This document shows positions 50,701 through 64,000 of a stretch of 64,000 nucleotides of DNA, piece by piece. Under the pieces are notes generated by a model that was not told where the DNA came from, did not search any database, and saw only the letters and a program-made list of their open reading frames with translations. The DNA is from Eledone cirrhosa (taxonomy: Eukaryota): contig OZ024740.1 of the NCBI GenBank assembly GCA_964016885.1, positions 218,674,001-218,738,000 of the forward strand, written 5' to 3'. How positions within the stretch are numbered: position 1 is the first letter of the stretch; each line of letters opens with the position of its first letter. The position numbers were made by a program, and so were the translations under genes.

Positions 50701-53599
50701 CAGCATGTTAAGGAGACACCTGAGTCAGCCTAATCTGACCTGATTATCAAATTTGTTAAAAGCTAGCAACGTTATTTTCAGAGCAAGCGGTAGTAGGCAT
50801 GGGAGGCTGATATTAAAGTAGCACTGATATTCGATCTATGGATGGATCTACTGTAATCAATCTCCACGAGAGCAGAAAACTTGTTATAGAATTGAATCAA
50901 TAGGACTGAATAAAAGAAATAGTAGTATCAATATAGATTGAAAAAAAAAAAGAGTTCATTGTATTTTACTTCATTATTAGAGTTCTAATAGTTAAATATT
51001 AAAGTACTAGACAACACACTTGTTTCTAGATCTGTGACTCCAAACATTTTGTCGCATAATCCATATTTATATCACACGAACAACTCCCATAAGGCACAAA
51101 ATAAAACATTTGTTTTTATTAATTTATTCATATATAAAAAAGCAACTTTTAAAATGAAATAGATTTTACTAAAACACTCAGGTAACCTCAGAATGTTTTT
51201 GATGGTATCTAGATTAAGAATATCAGAAGTTTGATACCACCACCCATAGTTTAAATATAACCTCCTTCAAAAAACCCTGACAAATTTGTATATGTAAGAT
51301 ATATTATACATGTGGGCCATGAGCAAAACAGAAAATAAGTTAATGCTCTCCTAGCTATATCATTCAAATGTCTATATTTGCAAAATTGTCAATCCTTCCT
51401 AATTTTTTATTAAAAAATTTCGGTTTTGCTTTGCATATATTTACTATTTAATTAGTAATTAGCTAAAGCGTGAGTTTTAATCCTACAGTAGTATTGTGCT
51501 TTGTATTGATTAAAGAAAAACATGTTATTTGATATTAATCACTTGGCGTTTTCAAAATAATCTTAGGATTGATTAGGGTGGGGCTTGATCGATATACACA
51601 AGGTTAGACCAATACCAAAGGTGATTTGATAACGTCTGAGTATGGTCAGTTAGTTATGAATTTTGAGTGTGATAAGTTATTAAAAAAATCAACAAAAACA
51701 GTTTCAAATGTTATAAATTTAAATTTAAAAGAAAAAGTGAATCCTTTAAATCGCTGTATAACATAACATATATACTTGTGTATAAGTCGGGCCTCCATGT
51801 TATATCCAACTTTAACAATGTATCATCTTTTGGATAGAGGGTTGGTGCAGTTCTAGTGAAGTAGCATGCTAGTTTTTCATGTATTATACACGAGTTTGAA
51901 TGAAGCATTCTCCCCTCCCCCTTCCCCCAAAACAAACTGAATTTGTATATATATTTCTCTCTCCCTTTATATATATATATTTCGTAACAATTTATAGCAC
52001 ATAAAAACTATTTTGGAATATTTTACTAATGACTCCTTTTACCTTTTTCATGTTTCAAACATTTTTTTAAAAATTGCTCTAACTTTTGCAAATATTTCTC
52101 CAGCTACTGTTATGTCCATCAATTTGATAATTATCTGAACATGTATTTTCTCTTTCACTATTTAGTCAGGGAGGGAAGGACAGTGTTCATGATTCTTTTA
52201 AAGGCCTCAGTAACTGGTTGGTGAGGTTTGAAACCAAAGTCTTAACATTCTTGCAACTGAGTGGCTAGGCCAGGTAGTGGTGGTGATGGTGTTGTTAAAT
52301 TAAGCCTACCACCCAAGTAGGTAGGCCACAGCAGGATATGTGCAGGAATAAAAACCACAATTTTTTTGTGTCCACTTCTCTAAACTGGTTCTCAGTCACA
52401 AAAGAGTGAAAGGTTAACCTTAGTGCTATTTGAACTTAGCATGCACAAATTCAGAACAAATATGCTTTTTAACGACTGCCTTTTCTCTACATCAAATAAT
52501 AAATTGGCCATTTATTAAAATTACATAGATATCAGTTGACATTTTATTAAACATTTTTTCCTTGATAATTCAAAATATAGATAATAAACAACTTTTTCTC
52601 TATAGAATCTTCTCATCAATTGACTCATTCTATTTTTGGTAGACATACATTTATGTTAGTGGAAGTGGGGCTGTCTTTGAGTTGTATCAGATATTGTGGA
52701 TCAATTAAATTCCATAGTGAAGTATATATCTTTATAGAACAATAAATTGTTCTTGGTTTGCTATTTGTAGTAGTGGTGCTATCATTTTATGCTTGCTTTT
52801 CCATACTAGCATGGAAGTGAGTACATAGTCAAAGCTACTGCTCTCCTAGACAGTTAGAGGATCACATTTTGCTGTAATATATATATTCCATGTTTGGTAT
52901 GTGTTTTTTTTTTGATTGAGTGCCATTCCTAACTCCAACCATTTACAGGGTGTTTATTGAAACAGCCTTATGGGTGCACACATGGCTATGAGGTTAAGAA
53001 GTTTACTTTGCAATTACAAGGTTCCAGGTTTGATCCCAAAGCATGGCTACACCTACCAGAGGTTCAAATTGACCTACGTTTTGTGAGTGAAATTTATTTG
53101 TAGAAGCCAACTTATTGGAAAGATGGATATACATGAATAAGTAGATGGTAGAATTAGTGTGGCTTTGAACCAAAATACTTTGTGGCTGTATTCCTTTACA
53201 CACATTGATATTATATTTCATAGTATTTGTTCTGGCTCTTTGCACTCTTGAGTTCAAATCCTGACTGTCACTTTACCTTTCATTCCTTTAGACTTGATAA
53301 AATAAAGAACCAGTCCAAGGGATTAACAGAATTGTTAGCAGTATCTATTCTCGTTCTTTGCTGAGTTCAAATTCTGCCTAGGGCTTCAAATCCCACTAAT
53401 GGCTAAAAGTAATTACCTGACCATGGGCCCATGAAGCCACAACTGATTATGAAAGTTGCCAATGAGTGATGGAGGACTGTGGCCTTCTACTACTGCAATT
53501 GAACAACTGTTATGTTCTGTAACAGTATTATTTAGATCTTACTTTTCTGTTTTCTTTCAGTGTAGTCAGGTCTTTTGTTCTGTTAATGAATAAGGAATG

Positions 53600-53630
<31 letters not shown>

Positions 53631-55727
53631 TTTTAATCGATAACCTTGTGTTTGCTGCAAGTAAAAGAAATTATAATTATCCTATTACAGATGCAAGGGC
53701 ATAGTGGAGGTGGTGATGGAGGTCATAGGCTATATGGGAATATTTTAAAAGTTGTTTCTGTAAATTTCTTAAATATAAATTAATCTTTTACTAGAAGTGT
53801 ATTTTATTCATTTTGACATGAATGTGTTGTAGTCTAATATTTTTGAAATATTTTTCTCCAAATAAGTGGAACAGTGAACTAATCAATATATTGCAATTTA
53901 AGCTCTAATAGATCAACTGCTAATTATAAAAGATATATATGTATCTAGTCATAGTTTTTAAATGGATTAGTAATGACAAAATTGTTTTAATAGGATGTTT
54001 AATCCATGCTACTATGGTCTTAAATTCTTTTCCTGATATTCTTTTTTCTGTTTTAATCAAATTTTAATGAGTTAACCCCTATGTGACTGTTTCTAATGAA
54101 ATATATTTCCTATGTGTTTCAATTTTAAATTTAAATCATAAATTTAAAGGGACTTTAATACCAAACTGCTTGAAACTACTTCTGGTTTTATGACACAAAG
54201 CTGTTCATTTATCTAAAAACCCATTCATCGTAATTTTCTGTGGAAACCTTTAAGTTTATGTTCCAGATAACTTAATGAGAAATTTAGTCTAAATCCCTCT
54301 GAATTTATTATTTGAAGATTATATGCAACATCTTTGATTAGAAAGGTTAGAGTGGAACATGATTTAATGAAAGATTCTTAATGTTTTTAATGGATGGTTT
54401 AATTTATATATTAACACTTTAAAATGGACAGTTTTTGTACCAAGAATGAAGAGCAGTTTCAAGTAGATCTGAATTGAAAAGGTTTAAATGATTCTATGAA
54501 TAAATTTAATTTTTTTTTGTTTATTTCTTGAAGTTCTGATTACTATTAGAATTTTCTAAGGCTAGGACAGTGAATTAGATATTTTAGCTCAGAATTGTGC
54601 ATAATTGTTGACTATTGTACAATCTGGTGGTATTTTAAAATGCTGTATAATATTTGTAGATAAGCTGCAGTATTTTGCTAAAAAAAAAAAAATCAGACAC
54701 AAAAAGACTGCAACTTAGGGCTTGAAATATTTAGTAATGAAACCAAAATATAAACACAAAGGAGTATATATGTATCAAAAGGGTTACAGCAAAGATATCC
54801 AGCTGTTAGTAGATATAACCTGTAGCATCACTATGCCTTTTGTTCAGGGTATAACATCTTCCCTTTGCAATCCCAGTTTTCCCCAATTCCTCTTCATTTT
54901 GAATTGTCTGTCTAGTAATTTTTCATTTAAGCACTATATTAACATGAGCAAGCTTTCCAATCTTCAATAATTGTATGGTCCCAACAGGATTAAGTCTCAA
55001 GCAGCAGTTTATGTACAGTATTCTTTCTCAGTTTGGATTCCTACCCAACTCATCTGTTGATGAAAATTCTTGCCCTTGGGAGCCAAGTGCTTCCTGTTTG
55101 AGGATCACTGGTATAGAAAAATATATTAAATATGTCTGCCATTTTTATAGCCAACTAGTGGTAAACTGTAATAATTCAACAGATGTCTAAAAATAGGTTC
55201 ATTAATTCAAATGTTTATAGAATCTTTACTAGAGGACATATCTTTGTGAAAATTTGCCATATTAAAGTAAAAACTTCAATTGTAAATGTGATATTAAGTA
55301 AAATATAGTCTAGTTGTAACTACAGTTAATAAAGCCTCACTGTGAAATGTAATCAAGCATGATAAATATTGAAGAAAACCTGCGAAGTAAAGGTTTGGGA
55401 AGACTGCTATGCCAAGGACATGACAACTTCCCTAATGTTGGTGCCATGATAAAATCCACACAGTGGAACACAAGATCATATGTCGGGTCCTTGCTCACCT
55501 GGAAGTCAGAGGCTCCATTTGAGTACTGGCCAGTCCATGATGGCATGTTCAACCCTTGCTAGCAAGGAAAATGATAATGATTCTCTTATGTTTCATGGCT
55601 AGGTGACCAATCAGAAGTTAAGCACCTTTTATCCTTTCATTAAGATGGTTTAATGCCAAACACAACCCAGAAATTAAATGCAATGGCCAATCTCATTTCC
55701 ATAATGTGCATTTGCTGGTGATGTTTC

Positions 55728-55900
55728 TTAACCCTTTAGCATTCGCATTACTCTATATTTACTGTTGTATTTTCACAGTAAAGGCTTTACATCACATAAT
55801 ATCGAATCTACAAAATTTTGATAGTATTTATTTTGAGAAAAATACCTTAACATCAGTATGAGTGGCTGGCTACAGCTGATTTCAACAGAAAGAAGTGATA
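55728..55900 (+). mobile_element. piggyBac-like MITE, 3'-truncated
   Basis: TTAACCCTTTAGCATTCGCATTACTCTAT... homologous to the copy at 41288. Confidence 0.75.
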
Positions 55901-56209
55901 CATAAGTCTTGCATTTATCAGAACTGAATACAATTTGAACTCGCCTAATGGAGAATAAATAGTCAAAACTAAATAAACATTTAATAGTGATAATTGTTTC
56001 TAATTTAGATAGGAGGCTGGGAATTGGGGGGGGGGGGGGGGATAGAGAAAATCAATTATATTGATTGCAATAGTACTTTATTCTATCAACACTGAAAAAA
56101 ATGAAAAGGTAAAGTTGGTATAGGCAAATAAAAGATAACACTGTGAAGTGTCATGTCCAGCAACAATAATTGTAATTTATCTCTTACCAATGTTTATAGT
56201 TGATATAAA

Positions 56210-59200
56210 TTTGTATTTGTATGTATATATATATATATATATATATTTGTATGTATATATATATATATATATTTGTATGTATATATATATATATATATTT
56301 GTATGTATATATATATATATATATTTGTATGTATATATATATATATATATTTGTATGTATATATATATATATATATTTGTATGTATATATATATATATAT
56401 ATTTGTATGTATATATATATATATATATTTGTATGTATATATATATATATATATTTGTATGTATATATATATATATATATTTGTATGTATATATATATAT
56501 ATATATTTGTATGTATATATATATATATATATTTGTATGTATATATATATATTTGTATGTATATATATATATTTGTATGTATATATATATATTTGTATGT
56601 ATATATATATATTTGTATGTATATATATATATTTGTATGTATATATATATATTTGTATGTATATATATATATTTGTATGTATATATATATATTTGTATGT
56701 ATATATATATATTTGTATGTATATATATATTTGTATGTATATATATATTTGTATGTATATATATATTTGTATGTATATATATATTTGTATGTATATATAT
56801 ATTTGTATGTATATATATATTTGTATGTATATATATATTTGTATGTATATATATATTTGTATGTATATATATATTTGTATGTATATATATATTTGTATGT
56901 ATATATATATTTGTATGTATATATATATTTGTATGTATATATTATATTGTATGTATATATATATTTGTATGTATATATATATATATATATATTTGTATGT
57001 ATATATATATATATATATATTTGTATGTATATATATATATATATATATTTGTATGTATATATATATATTTGTATGTATATATATATATATTTGTATGTAT
57101 ATATATATATATATTTGTATGTATATATATATATATATTTGTATGTATATATATATATATATTTGTATGTATATATATATATATATTTGTATGTATATAT
57201 ATATATATATTTGTATGTATATATATATATATATTTGTATGTATATATATATATATATTTGTATGTATATATATATATATATTTGTATGTATATATATAT
57301 ATATATTTGTATGTATATATATATATATATTTGTATGTATATATATATATATATATTTGTATGTATATATATATATATATATATTTGTATGTATATATAT
57401 ATATATATATATTTGTATGTATATATATATATATATATATTTGTATGTATATATATATATATATATATATTTGTATGTATATATATATATATATTTGTAT
57501 GTATATATATATATATATATTTGTATGTATATATATATATATATATTTGTATGTATATATATATATATATTTGTATGTATATATATATATATATATTTGT
57601 ATGTATATATATATATATATATTTGTATGTATATATATATATATATATTTGTATGTATATATATATATATATATTTGTATGTATATATATATATTTGTAT
57701 GTATATATATATATATATATATTTGTATGTATATATATATTATATTTGTATGTATATATATATATATATATATTTGTATGTATATATATATATATATATT
57801 TGTATGTATATATATATATATATATATTTGTGTATATATATATATATATATTTGTATGTATATATATATATATATTTGTATGTATATATATATATATATA
57901 TTTGTATGTATATATATATATATATATTTGTATGTATATATATATATATATTATTTGTATGTATATATATATATATATATTTGTATGTATATATATATAT
58001 ATATATTTGTATGTATATATATATATATATTTGTATGTATATATATATATATATATTTGTATGTATATATATATATATATATTTGTATGTATATATATAT
58101 ATATATATTTGTATGTATATATATATATATATATTTGTATGTATATATATATATATATATTTGTATGTATATATATATATATATATATTTGTATGTATAT
58201 ATATATATATATATTTGTATGTATATATATATATATATTTGTATGTATATATATATATATATTTGTATGTATATATATATATATATATATTTGTATGTAT
58301 ATATATATATATATATATTTGTATGTATATATATATATATATATTTGTATGTATATATATATATATATATTTGTATGTATATATATATATATATATTTGT
58401 ATGTATATATTATATATATTTGTATGTATATATATATATATATATATTTGTATGTATATATATATATATATATATTTGTATGTATATATATATATATATA
58501 TATATTTGTATGTATATATATATATATATATTTGTATGTATATATATATATATTTGTATGTATATATATATATATATTTGTATGTATATATATATATATA
58601 TATTGTATGTATATATATATATATATATTTGTATGTATATATATATATATATATTTGTATGTATATATATATATATATTTGTATGTATATATATATATAT
58701 ATTTGTATGTATATATATATATATATATTTGTATGTATATATATATATATATATTTGTATGTATATATATATATATATTTGTATGTATATATATATATAT
58801 ATATTTGTATGTATATATATATATATATATTTGTATGTATATATATATATATATATTTGTATGTATATATATATATATATATTTGTATGTATATATATAT
58901 ATATATATTTGTATGTATATATATATATATATATTTGTATGTATATATATATATATATATTTGTATGTATATATATATATATATTTGTATGTATATATAT
59001 ATATATATATATTTGTATGTATATATATATATATATTTGTATGTATATATATATATATATATTTGTATGTATATATATATATATATATTTGTATGTCTAT
59101 ATATATATATATATTTGTATGTATATATATATATATATATTTGTATGTATATATATATATATATATTTGTATGTATATATATATATATATATTTGTATGT

Positions 59201-59695
59201 ATATATATATATATATATTTGTATGTATATATATATATATATATATTTGTATGTATATATATATATATATATATTTGTATGTATATATATATATATATAT
59301 ATTTGTATGTATATATATATATATATATATTTGTATGTATATATATATATATATTTGTATGTATATATATATTTATTAATATATATATTTGTATGTATAT
59401 ATATATATATATTTGTATGTATATATATATATATATTTGTATGTATATATATATATATATTTGTATGTAATATATATATATATATTTGTATATATATATA
59501 TATATTGTATATATTTATATATATATATATATTGTATATATATATATATATATTTGTATATATATATATGTATATATTATATATATGTATTTGTATATAT
59601 ATATTTGTATATATATATATATATATTTGTATATATATATATTTGTATATATATATATATATTTGTATATATATATATGTATATATATATATTTG

Positions 59696-59730
<35 letters not shown>

Positions 59731-59781
59731 ATATTTGTATATATATATATTTGTATATATATATATATTTGTATATATTTG

Positions 59782-59817
<36 letters not shown>

Positions 59818-59819
59818 TG

Positions 59820-59852
<33 letters not shown>

Positions 59853-60075
59853 TTGTATATATATATATATTTGTATATATATATATATTTGTATATATAT
59901 ATATATTTGTATATATATATATATTTGTATATATATATATATTTGTATATATATATATTTGTATATATATATATATTTGTATATATATATATATTTGTAT
60001 ATATATATATATTTGTATATATATATATATTTGTATATATGTATATGTATATGTATATATATGTGTATATATATA

Positions 60076-60108
<33 letters not shown>

Positions 60109-60271
60109 ATATTGTATATATATGTATATATATATTATGTATATATATGTATATATATTTGTATATATATATATATTTGTATATATATATATATATGTAT
60201 ATATATATGTATATATATATGTATATATATGTATATATATATATATGTATATATATATATGTATATATATG

Positions 60272-60328
<57 letters not shown>

Positions 60329-60388
60329 GTATATATATATGTATATATATATGTATATATATGTATATATGTATATATATGTATATGT

Positions 60389-60424
<36 letters not shown>

Positions 60425-61190
60425 GTATATATGTATATATATATATATTTGTATATATGTATATATATATATATTTGTATATATGTATATATATATATAT
60501 TTGTATATATGTATATATATATATATTTGTATATATGTATATATATATATATTTGTATATATGTATATATATATATATTTGTATATATGTATATATATAT
60601 ATTATTTGTTTATTTGTATATAATATATATATTTGTATATATGTATATATATATATATTTGTATATATGTATATATATATATATTTGTATATATGTATAT
60701 ATTTATATATTTGTTTATTTGTATATATATATATATTTGTATATTTGTATATATATATATATATTTGTATATTTGTATATATATATATATATATTTGTAT
60801 ATTTGTATATATATATATATATATATTTGTATATATGTATATATATATATATATTTGTATATATGTATATATATATATATATATTTGTATATTATATATA
60901 TATTTGTATATATGTATATATATATATATATTTGTATATATGTATATATATATTTGTATATATGTATATATATATATATTTGTATATATGTATATATATA
61001 TATATATTTGTATATATGTATATATGTATATATATATTTGTATATTTGTATATATGTATATATATATTTGTATATATTGTATATATATATATATATTTGT
61101 ATATATAGTATATATATATATATTTGTATATATGTATATATATATATATATTTGTATATATGTATATATATATATATATTTGTATATATG

Positions 61191-61226
<36 letters not shown>

Positions 61227-61913
61227 TGTATATATGTATATATATATATATATATTTGTATATATGTATATATATAATATTTGTATATATGTATATATAT
61301 ATATTTGTATATATGTATATATATATATATTTGTATTATGTATATATATAATATATATATTTGTATATATGTATATATTATATATATATTTGTATATATG
61401 TATATATATATATTATATTTGTATATATGTATATATATATATATATATTTGTATATATTTGTATATATGTGTATATATTTTATATATGTATAATAGTATA
61501 TATATTATATATATTTGTTTATATGTATATATATATATATATTGTATATATATTATTTGTATATATGTATATATTTATATATATTTGTATATATGTATAT
61601 ATATATATATTTTGTATATGTATATATATATTTATTTGTATATATGTATATATATATATATTTGTATATATGTATATATATATATATTTGTATATGTATA
61701 TATATATATATTTGTATATGTATATATATATATATATTTGTATATATGTATATATATATATATATTTGTATATATGTATATATTTATATATATTTGTATA
61801 TGTGTATATATATATATATTTGTATATATGTATATATATATATATTTGTATATGTGTATATATATATATATATTTGTTGTATATGTGTATATATATATAT
61901 ATTTGTATATATG

Positions 61914-61951
<38 letters not shown>

Positions 61952-62011
61952 TGTATATATGTATATATATATATATATATTGTATATATATATTATATAT
62001 TTGTATATATG

Positions 62012-62066
<55 letters not shown>

Positions 62067-62077
62067 TTGTATATATG

Positions 62078-62115
<38 letters not shown>

Positions 62116-62680
62116 TTTGTATATATGTATATATATATATATTTGTATATGATATATATATATATATATTTGTATATATGTATATATATATATTTGTATA
62201 TATATGTATATTTATATATATATTTGTATATATGTATATATATATATATTTGTATATATGTATATATATATATATTTGTATATATGTATATATATATATA
62301 TTTGTATATATGTATATATATATATATTTGTATATATGTATATATATATATATATGTATATATGTATATATTTGTATTTATGTATATATATATATATTTG
62401 TATATATGTATATATATATATATTTGTATATATGTATATATATATATATTTGTATATATGTATATATATTTGTATATTTGTATATATGTATATATATTTG
62501 TATATATGTATATATATATATATATTTGTATATATGTGTAATATATATATATATTTGTATTTATGTGTATATATATATATATTTTATATATGTGTATATA
62601 TATATATATTTGTATATATGTGTATATATATATATATTTGTATATATGTGTATATATTATATATATTTTTATGTATTTGT
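56210..62680. repeat. 6.4-kb compound (TA)n satellite with punctuating TTTG / TTTGTATG motifs
   Basis: Seen directly; generates all the 1000+ aa Y/I ORFs. Confidence 0.97.
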
Positions 62681-63552
62681 ATCTGTTAGAACAACGAAAA
62701 AGTGTGAAACAACAATGTTCACTTTTCGTGTTCTAACATATATGCGTAGCTTCTTAAAAAATTTTCGGGGATAGCCGTGGTGGTGGTGATCGTATGTCAT
62801 TGGCTAATTTTCAACAATCAGAGTACCTCTCTCTATATCTCTTCCACTGTTACTTACGCCTGTTTCTCTCTATCTGTTCCGTCTCTATATATATCTCTTA
62901 CTCTTTCGCTTTGCACTCCTCCCCTTCAATACATCTCTCCCCTCTCTATATATTTGTTACTCTATCGCTGCACGCTCCTCTCCTTCAATATATCAATTAC
63001 ACACGCTTTACACTCTTTATCCCCAGCGCCCCTATATATACACCCCCCCCCCCTCTCCCGCATCTATTTTTTAATGTACCGTTGCACCGTGAATATATGT
63101 GTCTATATATATATACATATATATTGTATATACACATTCATGTATGTGTATACACACTCATGTATGTATATACACTGGTTTTATGTGTGTATTGTAAATT
63201 TGTACTGTTAAAACACGAAACTAACATTCGATTGACACTTTGATTACCTGTACAGGCAATAGTTATTAGAATGCTGTTGAAGTGTGTATATATTTTGGGG
63301 ACATCCTGTATATATAATGATATTTTTATATGTTACACTCTAAGAATTAACTAAGTGAAATAGCGTAAAAATAAAGGCTTCGTTGGTTTAATGCTATTTT
63401 TATAAAGGATGCCACAGAATGTACGATATATAATGATTACAATATTTTTTAGCAACAACTCTAGTCCCACACTTTTGAAGGTTTATTATAACATTCTGTG
63501 GCACTTTTGAGCTTGCGCATTTTTCATGTCTAGTGTATATATTTATGTATTT

Positions 63553-63964
63553 GGGAGAGATGACCCCTTAGCCTTTGTCAAGGCAGAATTCTAGGAGAAG
63601 GAAAACTTTGATGTAAGACCTGCAAACCCTGATGGTATCCAATGATGTTGACGTGTTCTTCTTCGTGGTAAATATCATCTTGGTTCAGAGAGTGGGACTG
63701 GCTTTGTGCAGTGCCTTTGCTCACTATAAAGCTTCATGGCACAGGCATTGCTTTATATCTGGAGATCTCCTCTGCACTTGTCATCACATGGTACCATGGG
63801 CCCAGCACTATGTGTCAATAATTGTCACAAGTAGTAGTGTTTGTACCAGAGTTTTCATGTCGCTGGCTGGACTAAAAAGTCACACTCGTTCAGCGCATCG
63901 GTAGGGGTTCTCCTACATGGATATAAAGTAGTGGCCGTACTCGAAAACGAGTTGGCAGCCACCA
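63553..63964 (+). mobile_element. Short form of the 37768-38700 repeat
   Basis: Reverse complement of 37768-38177 with the same two endpoints (GGGAGAGATGACC ... GGCAGCCACCA). Confidence 0.85.
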
Positions 63965-64000
63965 TTTGTATGTATGTATGTATATATATATGTATTTGTA

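Noticed and set aside
56148-62774. ORFs of 1000-1491 aa rich in Y/I/C/V
   Set aside because: Translation of a TA-based satellite that rarely contains stops; open in all three frames; no domain content.

Overview
AT-rich, repeat-saturated eukaryotic DNA. The SINE/LINE repertoire and (TA)n load resemble a coleoid cephalopod such as Octopus (inference). Almost all ORFs in the track are microsatellite or SINE artefacts. Real coding sequence is limited to a decayed RTE-clade LINE (138-2233, RT with an inserted Cys/His finger), a frameshifted Penelope-like element with RT plus GIY-YIG (about 13.7-16.7 kb, minus, Naiad-like), and two probable short first coding exons of an unidentified host gene (45661-45697, 46315-46351) inside a TE-poor, CpG-richer block. 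The rest is tRNA-derived SINEs, piggyBac-, mariner-, pogo/Tc2- and hAT-type MITEs, minisatellites and a 6.4 kb layered (TA)n-based satellite. The most interesting hidden layer, found by manual folding only, is self-cleaving ribozyme candidates on mobile elements: type I hammerheads (11087-11137, 13813-13863, 37011-37047 and decayed copies), a 148-bp-arm palindrome whose 7-nt spacer is the hammerhead core CCGATGA, and a twister-like fold at the 5' end of a non-autonomous RTE-like element (38581-38700). Also notable: two independent retro-insertions at the same base of one MITE family, and a SINE with a 12-fold amplified head.
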